Positions 34,718 through 46,659 of a DNA stretch of 64,000 nucleotides are shown in pieces. This stretch comes from Eledone cirrhosa. Lineage: Eukaryota. The first letter of the stretch is position 1. Each line of letters starts with the position of its first letter. The stretch lies in contig OZ024741.1 of NCBI GenBank assembly GCA_964016885.1, forward strand, positions 72,788,001 to 72,852,000. The letters run 5' to 3'. The notes under the pieces were generated by a model that saw only the letters and a program-made list of their open reading frames with translations, ran no database searches and was not told the DNA's origin. A program made the position numbers and the translations under genes.

Positions 34718-36811
34718 ATGGCTACCAAAAAAAAAAAATTTCATACGTCACTCCCACTCATTCCGTCTTCTTCTTCCTCAATCATCACTACAGGAGAGAG
34801 AAGATTGTCTCTCTCCCTCCCTTCTTTAAATGTGTCTCTCTCCCTACCTTCTCTTTCGCAAGCGACGAAAGAAAAGAAAAGTCTCGTGCAAAGCGTGCAA
34901 GGTTTCTCCACGACGACGACGACAGCGACGAAACAGGTGTGCGGGAAATACGAAAACCCAGTTCATTCGTCTGACGTCAGGAATAATAGCAGTAGCAGCC
35001 GTAATAACAACAGCAACAGTGACAATGAAAACAACAGTAGCAGCCGCAACAGCATCACCAGCAGCATAAACAACAACAGCATTAGCAGCAGCAACACCAA
35101 CAACAACCACAGCAACAGCGGCGGAGGCAGTAGTCGTAGTACCTGCAGCAACAACAAAAGTACCAGCAGCTCTGACGACAACAACAACAGCAGAGAAAAA
35201 CCAATCTCATTTGCAGGTATTGCGAAAAACCTGGAAACAATCCTCATAACAAATGAGGAATTAGAGGAAGCGAAGAAGATGGTGACAAAGAACGGACACC
35301 GAGCAATCTGCAAGGCAGCGAAAAATTTTTTCGAAACCCAAGAGCACTGTACGGTCACGTACCGTACAGTAAGTACAAAATCCCGTAGGGTGGAAAGAGC
35401 CACAGAGGCCCAAATACAAAAAGCCTTGGGGTCTGTGTGGCAGAGGAAAACGCACATCACCCGAGGCAAAAAATACGCCACCGTAGACGTACTTTTTGCC
35501 ACACCCCAGGAGGCAAAGGCCCAATCAGTAGTGACCCTAAGGAGCGAGGAAATGGTGTTGGTGCCCTCCTACTGCGGGCAAAAAATTGTGAGGGTCAAAC
35601 TGACCCACGTCCCCCCCGGAATGACCCCTTCTTGGCTGGCCGCGTCTGTCCTCGTCGGAATCGAGGACAAAACAACTGTACTGCAAGTACAGAAAAAAGT
35701 AAGAGAAGATTGGGTCGGCTCCTCCATTGAGATGCTAATCCAAACCAACCAGGAGTGCATCGAAGCTATCCCGGATGTGATAGACTTCGATAACGGCACT
35801 CAACTGCCCATAAGTGTTGAGGGCAAACGCCCGAAATGCTTTCGCTGTGGATCGAAGACTCACCTCAGGGCCTTCTGCAACGAGAAGACCCTGAGAAAGG
35901 AGAAAACCCCCCTCCTCCCGAATCCGGTTCCACGGCTACCAGCAACAGGACAAGCGGCAACCAGGAACGATAGGTCCGTGGCACCCATACCCACTCCACG
36001 GAAATCAAAGACAGCAGCAGCAGTGGAAATATTAACAACAACAACAGCAATACCAAATGCAGCTGCAACAGAGACTCCAGTGCAAACATCACCAACAACA
36101 ACAAGTGAAAGAGTGGAGCTGGTACCCCTCCCCGACCTTACAGAATCAGACATGGAGTGTGAGGTGGGAGAGGGATGGCAAAAGGTCTCAAGAAGGCACA
36201 AACGCAGAAGCAGCGCATCGTCGCCTTTGAAAAGGGAGGAAAGAAATGAGAAAAGGGTAAAGTCTACTGCAAAGAGACCCACAGCAGCAACACCACCAAC
36301 ACCATCACCACCCACACCAGCACCACCATCACCACCGGCGACAACCCCACCGCCAACAACACCTTCAACACCACAAGCACCAACATCGCAAACACAACAA
36401 CAAAACACACACACCCAGCAACAACGACAAGAAAATAGCAGAACCACACCCCACCCCCAGAAAAACAAATGCACGGCAATAAACACACACAACAAGAAAC
36501 TAATGACTTACATAATTGAACACACAGACATTTCACAACAGGACTACATAATACCAGCACCAATCAAAACGCCAACTAACATAAGACTGCTAAAAATAGC
36601 ACAGAAACAATACACAAACATTAAAACGAAATTCCCCAACGCAGTTGGTGATTTCAGGGACCTAGGAGGAACCATTAATCGAAGAGTATATTCAGACATT
36701 CTCTTAGAAGAGCCGACGACCAGCCGAAGGGACGATTCAACGGTCCCTTCACCAGACGATCAAGTGAAAAGGGATGTAAAAACCATCCCTCCTCTACCAA
36801 AAGTACGGTAA
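34718..36811 (+). CDS. ORF1 zinc-knuckle protein, unit 3
   Basis: As unit 1, minus two prolines. Confidence 0.88.
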   Translation: MATKKKKFHTSLPLIPSSSSSIITTGERRLSLSLPSLNVSLSLPSLSQATKEKKSLVQSVQGFSTTTTTATKQVCGKYENPVHSSDVRNNSSSSRNNNSNSDNENNSSSRNSITSSINNNSISSSNTNNNHSNSGGGSSRSTCSNNKSTSSSDDNNNSREKPISFAGIAKNLETILITNEELEEAKKMVTKNGHRAICKAAKNFFETQEHCTVTYRTVSTKSRRVERATEAQIQKALGSVWQRKTHITRGKKYATVDVLFATPQEAKAQSVVTLRSEEMVLVPSYCGQKIVRVKLTHVPPGMTPSWLAASVLVGIEDKTTVLQVQKKVREDWVGSSIEMLIQTNQECIEAIPDVIDFDNGTQLPISVEGKRPKCFRCGSKTHLRAFCNEKTLRKEKTPLLPNPVPRLPATGQAATRNDRSVAPIPTPRKSKTAAAVEILTTTTAIPNAAATETPVQTSPTTTSERVELVPLPDLTESDMECEVGEGWQKVSRRHKRRSSASSPLKREERNEKRVKSTAKRPTAATPPTPSPPTPAPPSPPATTPPPTTPSTPQAPTSQTQQQNTHTQQQRQENSRTTPHPQKNKCTAINTHNKKLMTYIIEHTDISQQDYIIPAPIKTPTNIRLLKIAQKQYTNIKTKFPNAVGDFRDLGGTINRRVYSDILLEEPTTSRRDDSTVPSPDDQVKRDVKTIPPLPKVR

Positions 36812-36846
36812 GTGGTCTTTCCCATCTTTTCCACTCTATTTTAAAC

Positions 36847-39800
36847 ATGACCTCACTCAGAATAGGCAGCATAAATGCGCGTGGCTTGGGGTCGTCATGG
36901 AAGCAGGGTCACCTGCTCAACGACCTCAGGTCACTAAACATAGATGTAGTGGCCATCAGCGAGACCAGAATCTCCGAAGCACGGGCCTTCGCACCGATCT
37001 TCGGCGGCTACGATGTGTACGCATCTCCCAGCCGTCCTGGATCGGGTGGAGGAGTTGCTGTGCTTTTTCGGAGAGGTTTGGATCTCGCCATACGGGCCAT
37101 CTTCCTGGACCCAGAGGGTAAGCTGGTGGTGCTGGACGTGACCAGCGGAGACGGGCAAGCTTTCAGGCTAGTGGCCGTCTATGCCCCGACAGGAGCAGGG
37201 CGGCCTGATTTCTTCCGGCGTCTGGAGACCTTTCTTGGAACGTCGCGCTCTTTAGTGTTAGTGGGCGACTGGAACGGGATCTTAGATGCACGCTGGGACT
37301 GTGTGGGATTAGCGGATAGGGGTGGAGGGTGCAAGAGCCTCACCAACCTGCTCAGGCGTTTTGAACTGTCTGACAGGTACCGATTGGATTTCCCGAATGT
37401 GCCAATGTGGACTTGGACAAACCGCATAGGGTCATCCAGATCATATCTAGATAGAGTATTTTGTAGGGAAATAGATAGGTCTAGCATAGGCTGTCCACAA
37501 TTCAAGATAGTCAGCTACACGGACCACAAATTCGTGATCTGTGTGCTTGACTTAGATAGGCTTCATAGACGAGGACCCGGCTACTGGAAGCTAAACGCGT
37601 CCTTACCAGCGCGCAAGGCCTACAGAGACCGGATTAGCGAACTAGTTAAGCGGGCGTTGACGGGGGCCATCGTCAACAACAAGTGGTGGTTTGCTCTGAA
37701 AAGAGCGATTAGAATAGAATCGATTAGGTTTAGTAAGGCTTTAGCAATAGAGAAAAATAGAGCAGAGGGAGAACTAGTTAGAAAATTAGACGAGGCGCTT
37801 AGCAAAGGCATTGCGACCGACGTGCTTGCGGCGAAATTGGCCCTTGACCAATTCTTCAATGCAAAGCACGAAGGCTGCGTTGTCAGAGCTAGGGTGCGTG
37901 CTCTCAGACACGAGGGGACGAAAGCCGTTCAATGGGCCCGAGTGGCGGAGGCGCGTCGTGGCAACAAAGCCACGATCCGGTCTTTGGTGGACCACGACGG
38001 GCGCATGCTACTCGATCCCGGGCAAATGTGTGAAGCTTTTCAGCGACACTTCACTCAGCTGTTCGGGGGCAGCGGGGGGCCGGGTAGAGGGATGGACTTT
38101 AGTGTCTACCTCGACGGACTGCCGCGGCTCTCGGCCACTGAGGCGAAGTGTTGCGAAAAGCCGATAACAGCCGCTGAAGTACGGGAGGCAATGACTGGCT
38201 GCACAAGGGGTAAATCGCCTGGTTTGGATGGTCTGCCCTATGAACTTTACGTACAGATGCCAGACTTGTTCGGAGGCCTCTTGGCGGACGTCTACTGCAA
38301 CTGGCAACAGAACGGGAGAATTCCCAGTTCTGTGAGCCGAGGAGCGGTGGCACTGCTGAGAAAGGATCCGAACAAGGGGGATAACATAGACAATTTCCGG
38401 CCCATAACTCTGCTAAACACAGAGTTTAAGATTTTGGCCAAGGTGCTAGCAAAGAGGTTGGCGCTTGTCGTTGGTGGTCTGGTGGGAGAGGCGCAGACAT
38501 GCGCCATTCCCGACAGATCCATCCACGACAACCTCCACCTCATGCGATACATCGTAGAGAGGGTAGCTAGGGAACCTGGCACGGGTGGGTCCTTGATCAA
38601 TTTAGATCAGTCGAAAGCTTTCGATAGGGTCGACCATCGTTACCTAGCGGCAGTCCTGAGGGCGGCTGGCTTTGGGCCCGTCTTCAGAGGCTGGATCGCT
38701 GCCATGCACAGCGACATCTGCTCTGTGGTGAGAGTGAACGGTCACCTGTCGGAACCGTTCAACATCATGCGCTCGGTCCGCCAAGGATGTCCCCTCTCGT
38801 CCCTCTTGTACGTATTGACTCTCGAGCCATTACTGCACAAACTGGAGACGTTGAGGGGAGTCCCGCGCGAACTAGGATGCGGAAGATCCGTGTCAGCATA
38901 TGCGGACGATGTCACCGTAGTGGTGTCGAACGCCAAACACATCGAGGCGATCGGCACTACACTAAGAGAATACGAAGCGGTGACAGGAGCAATGATCAAC
39001 CAGGAAAAGTCAGTGGGCCTGCAGCTCGGCACCTGGAGAGGCAGGTCCATGCCGTCCAACAGCGTCGTCGGGCGCTGGACGGACGGACCGGTTAAATTGC
39101 TAGGGGTCTGGTTCGGTCCGGACCTCCAGACGGACAAAAACTGGGACGAGGTGACGAGCAGGGTGGCTTCTCTCACCCAGAAATGGGCGGAGAGGAAGCT
39201 ATCCCTGAAAGGTCGAGCGGAGGTGGCTAACGCGTACATCGCGTCTGTCATCTGCTACCGCCTAACCGTCGTACCTTGTCCTAAGCCTCGCCTGACTGCG
39301 CTGGAGCGTTTGCTCTTTCGCTTTTTGTGGATGGGACGTGCTCCGATGGTCAGGCGGTCCATCTGTTGTCAACACCCGCTACGTGGAGGGCTGGGCATGC
39401 CGTGGCTGATGATGCGCAGGCACGCGCTCAGGCTACGACATCTCCACCTCTTCCTCGACGGTGATCAGGTGTGGTCGCCGTTTGCTAGACGCGTTTTTCC
39501 CCAGCTCGTTTCCTTGACGGAGCTGCAGTCCTGGGTCAAGCGAAGACCGAGAGGGAGCGCCTGGAGACTGGAATGTCTTCAGGTGCTCACAGCCCTCGAC
39601 CAATCGGGCAATGTGATCGGTGGAAACTCCTCCTCAGCGTTCTATAGAGGATTAGTGGAGGGGAAGAGCGACGACGTACTTGGGGAAACTCTAGGCGTCG
39701 ACGAAAATCAACTAGCCAATCTCTTCGGAAGAACTTTCGGGCCAGGGCCTATGGACAACTTCCAGAAATCTCTGGCCTGGCAGTGCTACCGAGGAGCCTT

Positions 39801-40266
39801 GCCAGTTCGGGATAAACTCTACAGGCATGGAGGTGCCGTCAGCCGGGCATGTCCGAGATGCGCGCAGGGCGACGAAACCGTCCTGCACGCACTCGTCCAG
39901 TGTCCGAAAATTGCTGACTTGTGGGTTTATGTCGAACACCTGCTGTCGCGTTTAGGACGGATCCAGCTATCATCTGAGTCTATCGTGAGGATTGCCCCGC
40001 CCTCCTCCTTTAGCCGGGAAGGGCAGGCAGTTTTTATCTGTCTGGTGGCCATGGCGAAAGAGATAGTATGGTGGACACGTTTGAAAGGGCTGAAGACGAG
40101 CACTTACCTCTTCGGTGATGCTCTGATTGACTTTTTCAAATTTCATTTGAAAAGGAAAATCAGAGTAGAGAAGGAAGTGCTCTCTTCCCAGCATTTTGTT
40201 GAAAGATGGGTGAGAGAAGCAAGAATGGCCCGAGTGAATGGGCCGACTCTGAGTATATATCTGTAA
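36847..40266 (+). CDS. ORF2 APE-RT-CCHC, unit 3
   Basis: 1139 aa, all motifs intact. Confidence 0.96.
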   Translation: MTSLRIGSINARGLGSSWKQGHLLNDLRSLNIDVVAISETRISEARAFAPIFGGYDVYASPSRPGSGGGVAVLFRRGLDLAIRAIFLDPEGKLVVLDVTSGDGQAFRLVAVYAPTGAGRPDFFRRLETFLGTSRSLVLVGDWNGILDARWDCVGLADRGGGCKSLTNLLRRFELSDRYRLDFPNVPMWTWTNRIGSSRSYLDRVFCREIDRSSIGCPQFKIVSYTDHKFVICVLDLDRLHRRGPGYWKLNASLPARKAYRDRISELVKRALTGAIVNNKWWFALKRAIRIESIRFSKALAIEKNRAEGELVRKLDEALSKGIATDVLAAKLALDQFFNAKHEGCVVRARVRALRHEGTKAVQWARVAEARRGNKATIRSLVDHDGRMLLDPGQMCEAFQRHFTQLFGGSGGPGRGMDFSVYLDGLPRLSATEAKCCEKPITAAEVREAMTGCTRGKSPGLDGLPYELYVQMPDLFGGLLADVYCNWQQNGRIPSSVSRGAVALLRKDPNKGDNIDNFRPITLLNTEFKILAKVLAKRLALVVGGLVGEAQTCAIPDRSIHDNLHLMRYIVERVAREPGTGGSLINLDQSKAFDRVDHRYLAAVLRAAGFGPVFRGWIAAMHSDICSVVRVNGHLSEPFNIMRSVRQGCPLSSLLYVLTLEPLLHKLETLRGVPRELGCGRSVSAYADDVTVVVSNAKHIEAIGTTLREYEAVTGAMINQEKSVGLQLGTWRGRSMPSNSVVGRWTDGPVKLLGVWFGPDLQTDKNWDEVTSRVASLTQKWAERKLSLKGRAEVANAYIASVICYRLTVVPCPKPRLTALERLLFRFLWMGRAPMVRRSICCQHPLRGGLGMPWLMMRRHALRLRHLHLFLDGDQVWSPFARRVFPQLVSLTELQSWVKRRPRGSAWRLECLQVLTALDQSGNVIGGNSSSAFYRGLVEGKSDDVLGETLGVDENQLANLFGRTFGPGPMDNFQKSLAWQCYRGALPVRDKLYRHGGAVSRACPRCAQGDETVLHALVQCPKIADLWVYVEHLLSRLGRIQLSSESIVRIAPPSSFSREGQAVFICLVAMAKEIVWWTRLKGLKTSTYLFGDALIDFFKFHLKRKIRVEKEVLSSQHFVERWVREARMARVNGPTLSIYL

Positions 40267-40527
40267 ACTAAAGGTGGAAAACTGGGAGAGGGCACTTGCC
40301 TTGGTGGTCAGGGTCATTGTGGCTTTTTACTGGGCTTTCTCCACAAATGTCCCTCCGAAGTCTCCCCCCTATTGGGGAATTTTTCATTGTTATTTTCATT
40401 GTTATTTTTGTTACATCCTCTGTTTTTGTTTTTTTTACACGCAGAAATGCCCATTTGTACCGTCCTGCATTGTCCTGCACTGTCCTTAATGTCTACTTTA
40501 TGTAAACCCTTGTGGTTAATAAAGAAA

Positions 40528-40592
<65 letters not shown>

Positions 40593-43500
40593 GAATGCTA
40601 TGGTTGACGGAGGCTCGGCTCTGTAAGGTATTGTAAAATTTGAACGTTATAACAATTGTAAATTGTTTAAAACTTTAACGAACTTGTAGACAAAAACACC
40701 CTCCTCCTCGTGAGAGGGGCCTTTCTGCCCGTTATTTGGCCCTTCGGGGTTAAATAACTGCTTATTGGGGTTTTGTACCCAATATTTATTTTAAACAAAA
40801 AAAAAAACAACATGGCTACGAAAAAGAAATTTCATAGGTCACTCCCACTCATTCCGTCTTCTTCTTCCTCAATCATCACTACAGCAGAGAGAAGATTGTC
40901 TCTCTCCCTCCCTTCTCTTTCGTAAGCGACGAAAGAAAAGAAAAGTCTCGTGCAAAGCGTGCAAGGTTTCTCCACGACGACGACGACAGCGACGAAACAG
41001 GTGTGCGGGAAATACGAAAACCCAGTTCATTCGTCTGACGTCAGGAATAATAGCAGTAGCAGCCGTAATAACAACAGCAACAGTGACAATGAAAACAACA
41101 GTAGCAGTCGCAACAGCATCACCAGCAGCATAAACAACAATAGCATTAGCAGCAGCAACACCAACAACAACCACAGCAACAGCGGCGGAGGCAGTAGTCG
41201 TAGTACCTGCAGCAACAACAAAAGTAACAGCAGCTCTGACGACAACAACAACAACAGCAGCAAAGAAAAACCAATCTCATTTGCAGGTATTGCGAAAAAC
41301 TTGGAAACAATCCTCATAACAAATGAGGAATTAGAGGAAGCGAAGAAGATGGTGACAAAGACTGGTCACCGAGCAATCTGCAAGGCAGCGGAAAAATTTT
41401 TCGAAACCCAACAGCACTGTACGGTCACGTACCGTACAGTAAGTACAAAATCCCGTAGGGTGGAAAGAGCCACAGAGGCTCAAATACAAAAAGCCTTGGG
41501 GTCTGTGTGGCAGCGGAAAACGCACATCACCCGAGGCAAAAAATATGCCACCGTAGACGTACTTTATGCCACACCCCAGGAGGCAAAGGCCCAATCCGTA
41601 GTGACCCTAAGGAGCGAGGAAATGGTGTTGGTGCCCTCCTACTGCGGGCAAAAAATTGTGAGGGTCAAACTGACCCACGTCCCCCCCGGAATGGCCCCTT
41701 CTTGGCTGGCCGCGTCTGTCCTCATCGGAATCGAGGACAAAACAACTGTACTGCAAGTACAGAAAAAAGTAAGAGAAGATTGGGTCGGCACCTCCATTGA
41801 GATGCTAATCCAAACCAACCAGGAGTGCATCGAAGCTATCTCGGATGTGATAGACTTCGATAACGGCACTCAACTGCCCATAAGTGTTGAGGGAAAACGC
41901 CCGAAATGCTTTCGCTGTGGATCGAAGACTCACCTCAGGGCCTTCTGCAACGAGAAGACCCTGAGAAAGGAGAAAACCCCCCTCCTTCCGAAACCGGCTC
42001 CACGGCTACCAGCAACAGGACAAGCGGCAACCAGGAACGATAGGTCCGTGGAACCCATACCCACGCCACAGAAATAAAAAACAGCAGCAGCAGTGGAAAT
42101 ATTAACAACAACAACAGCAATACCAAATGCAGCTGCAACAGAGACTCCAGTGCAAACATCACCAACAACAACAAGTGAAAGAGTGGAGCTGGTACCCCTC
42201 CCCGACCTCACAGAATCAGACATGTAGTGTGAGGTGGGAGAGGGATGGCAAAAGGTCGTAAGAAGGCACAAACGCAGAAGCAGCGCATCGTCGCCTTTGA
42301 AAAGGGAGGAAAGAAATGAGAAAAGGGTAAAGTCTACTGCAAAAACCCACAACAGCAACACCACCAACACCACCACCACCCACACTAGCACCACCATCAC
42401 CACCGGCGACAAACCCACCGCCAACAACACCTTCAACACCACCACCACAAGCACCAACATCGCAAACACAACAACAAAACACACACACCCAGCAACAACG
42501 ACAAGAAAATAGCAGAACCACACCCCAACCCCAGAAAAACAAATGCACAGCAATAAATACACACAACAAGAAACTAATGACTTACATAATTGAACACACA
42601 GACATTTCACAACACGACTACATAATACCAGCAGCAATCAAAACGCCAACTAACATAAGACTGCTAAAAATAGCACAGAAACAATACACAAACACTAAAA
42701 CGAAATTCCCCAACGCAGTTGGTGATTTCAGGGACCTAGGAGGAACTATCAATCGAAGAGTATATTCAGACATTCTCATAGAAGAGCCGACGACCAGCCG
42801 AAGGGACGATTCAACGGTCCCTTCACCAGACGATCAAGTGAAAAGGGATGTAAAAACCATCCCTCCTCTACCAAAAGAACGGTAAGTGGTCTTTCCCATC
42901 TTTTCCACTCTATTTTAAACATGACCTCACTCAGAATAGACAGCATAAATGCGCGTGGCTTAGGGTCGTCATGGAAGCAGAGTCACCTGCTCAATGACCT
43001 CAGGTCACTAAACATAGATGTAGTGGCCATCAGCGAGACCAGAATCTCCGAAGCACGGGCCTTCGCACCGATCTTCGGCGGCTACGATGTGTACGCATCT
43101 CCCAGCCGTCCTGGATCGGGGGGAGGAGTTGCTGTGCTTTTTCGGAGAGGTTTGGATCTCGCCATACGGGCCATCTTCCTGGACCCAGAGGGTAAGCTGG
43201 TGTTGCTGGACGTGACCAGCGGAGACGGGCAAGCTTTCAGGCTAGTGGCCGTCTATGCCCGACAGGAGCAGGGCGGCCTGATTTCTTCCGGCGTCTGGAG
43301 ACCTTTCTTGGAACGTCCCGCTCTTTAGTGTTAGTGGGCGACTGGAATGGGATCTTAGATGCACGCTGGGACTGTGTGGGATTAGCGGATAGGGGTGGAG
43401 GGTGCAAGAGCCTCACCAACCTGCTCAGGCGTTTTGAACTGTCTAACAAGTACCGATTGGATTTCCCGATTGTGCCAATGTGTCAATGTGGACTTGGATA

Positions 43501-46500
43501 AATCGCATGTGCCAATGTGGACTTGGATAAATCGCATAGGGTCATCCAGATCATATCTAGATAGAGTATTTTGTAGGGAAATAGATAGGTCTAGCATAGG
43601 CTGTCCACAATTCAAGATAGTCAGCTACACGGACCACAAATTCGTGATCTGTGTGCTTGACTTAGATAGGCTTCATAGACGAGGACCCGGCTACTGGAAG
43701 CTAAACGCGTCCTTACCAGCGCGCAAGGCCTACAGAGACCGGATTAGCGAACTAGTTAAGCGGGCGTTGACGGAGGCCATCGTCAACAACAAGTGGTGGT
43801 TTGCTCTGAAAAGAGCGATTTGAATAGAATCAATTAGATTTAGTAAGGCTTTAGCAATAGAGAAAAATAGAGCAGAGGGAGAACTAGTTAGAAAATTAGA
43901 CGAGGCGCTTAGCAAAGGCATTGCGACCGACGTGCTTGCGGCGAAATTGGCCCTTGACCAATTATTCAATGCAAAGCACGAAGGCTGCGTTGTCAGAGCA
44001 AGGGTGCGTGCTCTCAGACACGAGGGGACGAAAGTCGTTCAATGGGCCCGAGTGGCGGAGGCGCGTCGTGGCAACAAAGCCACGATCCGGTCTTTGGTGG
44101 ACGACGACGGGCGCATACTACTCGATCCCGGGAAAATGTGTGAAGCTTTTCAGCGACACTTCGCTCAGCTGTTCGGGGGCAGCGGTGGGCCGGGTCGAGT
44201 GATGGACTTTAGTGTCTACCTCGACGGACTGCCGCGGCTCTCGGCCACTGAGGCGGAGTGTTGCGAAAAGCCGATAACAGCCGCTGAAGTAAGGGAGGCA
44301 ATGACTGGCTGCACAAGGGGTAAATCGCCTGATTTGGATGGTCTGCCCTATGAACTTTACGTACAGATGCCAGACTTGTTCGGAGGCCTCTTGGCGAACG
44401 TCTACTGCAACTGGCAACAGAACGGAAGAATTCCCAGTTCTGTGAGCCGAGGAGCGGTGGCACTGCTGAGAAAGGATCCGAACAAGGGGGATAACATAGA
44501 TAATTTCCGGCCCATAACTCTGCTAAACACAGAGTTCAAGATTTTGGCCAAGGTGCTAGCAAAGAGGTTGGCGCTTGTCGTTGGTGGTCTGGTGGAAGAG
44601 GCGCAGACATGCGCCATTCCCGACAGATCCATCCACGACAACCTCCACCTCATGCGATACATCGTAGAGAGGGTAGCTAAGGAACCTGGCACGGGTGGGC
44701 CCTTGATCAATTTAGATCAGTCGAAAGCTTTCGATAGGGTCGACCATCGTTACCTAGCGGCAGTCCTGAGGGCGGTTGGCTTTGGGTCCGTCTTCAGAGG
44801 CTGGATCGCTACCATGCACAGCGACATCTGCTCTGTGGTGAGAGTGAACGGTCACCTGTCGGAACCGTTCAACATCATTCGCTCGGTCCGCCAAGGATGT
44901 CCCCTCTCGTCCCTCTTGTACGTATTGACTCTCGAGCCATTACTCCACAAACTGGAGACGTTGAGGGGCGTCCCGCGCGAACTAGGATGCGGAAGATCCG
45001 TGTCAGCATATGCGGACGATGTCACCGTAGTGGTGTCGAACGCCAAACACATCGAGGCGATCGGCAATACACTAAGAGAATACGAAGCGGTGACAGGAGC
45101 AATGATCAACCAGGAAAAGTCAGTGGGCCTGCAGCTCGGCACCTGGAGAGGCAGATCCATGCCGTCCAACAGCGTCATCGGACGCTGGACGGACGGACCG
45201 GTTTAATTGTTAGGGGTCTGGTTCGGTCCGGACCTCCAGACCGACAAAAACAGGGACGAGGTGGCGAGCAGGGTGGCTTCTCTCACCCAGAAATGGGCGG
45301 AGAGGAAGCTATCCCTGAAAGATCGAGCGGAGGTGGCTAACGCGTACATCGCGTCTGTCATCTGCTACCGCCTGGCCGTCGTACCTTGTCCTAAGCCTCG
45401 CCTGACTGAGCTGGAGCGTTTGCTCTTTCGCTTTTTGTGGAACGGACGCGCTCCGATGGTCAGGCGGTCCATCTGTTGTCAACACCCGCTACGTGGAGCG
45501 CTGGGCATGCCGTGGCTGATGATGCGCAGGCACGCGCTCAGGCTACGACATCTCCACCTCTTCCTCGACGGTGATCAGGTGTGGTCGCCGTTTGCTAGAC
45601 GCGTATATCCCCAGCTCGTTTCCTTGACGGAGCTGCAGTCCTGGGTCAAGCGAAGACTGAGAGGGAGCGCCTGGAGACTGGAATGTCTTCAGGCGCTCAC
45701 AGCCCTCGACCAATCGGGCAATGTGATCGGTGGAAACTCCACCTCGGCGTTCTATAGATGATTAGTGGGGGGAAGAGCGACGACGTACTTGGGGAAACTC
45801 TAGGCGTCGACGAAAATCAACTAGCCAATCTCTTCGGAAGAACTTTCGGGCCAGGGCCTATGGACAACTTCCAGAAATCTCTGGCCTGGAAGTGTTACCT
45901 TGCCAGTTCGGGATAAACTCTACAGGCATGGAGGTGCCGTCAGCCGGGCATGTCCGAGATGCGCGCAGGGCGACGAAACCGTCCTGCACGCACTCGTCCA
46001 GTGTCCGAAAATTGCTGACTTGTGGGTTTATGTCGAACACCTGCTGTCGCGTTTAGGACGGATCCGGCTATCATCTGAGTCCATCGTGAGGATTTCCCCG
46101 CCCTCCTCCTTTAGCCGGGAAGGGCAGGCAGTTTTTATCTGTCTGGTGGCCATGGCGAAAGAGATAGTATGGTGGTCACGTTTGAAAGGGCTGAAGACGA
46201 GCACTTACCTCTTCGGTGATGCTCTGATTGACTTTTTCAAATTTCATTTGAAAAGGAAAATCAGAGTAGAGAGGGAAGTGCTCTCTTCCCAGCATTTTGT
46301 TGAAAGATGGGTGAGAGAAGCAAGAATGGCCCGAGTGAATGGGCCTACTCTGAGTATATATCTGTAAATTAAAGGTGGAAAACTGGGAGAGGGCACTTGC
46401 CTTGTGGTCAGGGTCATTGTGGCTTTTTACTGGGCTTTCTCCACAAATGTCCCTCCGAAGTCTCCCCCCTATTGGGGAATTTTTCATTGTTATTTTTTGT

Positions 46501-46619
46501 TACACCCTCTGTGTTTTTTTGTTTTTTTACACGCAGAAATGCCCATTTGTACCGTCCTGTATTTCCTGCACTGTCCTTAATGTCTACTTTATGTAAACCC
46601 TTGTGGTTAATAAAGAAAG

Positions 46620-46620
<1 letters not shown>
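40593..46620 (+). mobile_element. Tx1-like retrotransposon, unit 4 (full length, pseudogenised)
   Basis: Same 5' start (gaatgctatgg). ORF1 (40812-42885) has stops at ~42075 and ~42224 plus a frameshift. ORF2 (42921-46367) has a frameshift at ~43258, a local duplication at ~43470-43510 and stops at ~43821, 45204 and 45759. Followed by (ATT)13. Confidence 0.93.

Positions 46621-46659
<39 letters not shown>

Larger units (their letters stand above)
34505..40529 (+). mobile_element. Tx1-like retrotransposon, unit 3 (full length, intact)
   Basis: Near-identical to units 1-2; 6-bp in-frame deletion in ORF1; followed by (ATT)21. Confidence 0.95.

Noticed and set aside
22335-40529. Units 1-3 as a pure assembly artefact
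   Set aside because: Each has private substitutions or indels and a different ATT spacer length. Read-level confirmation is still advisable.
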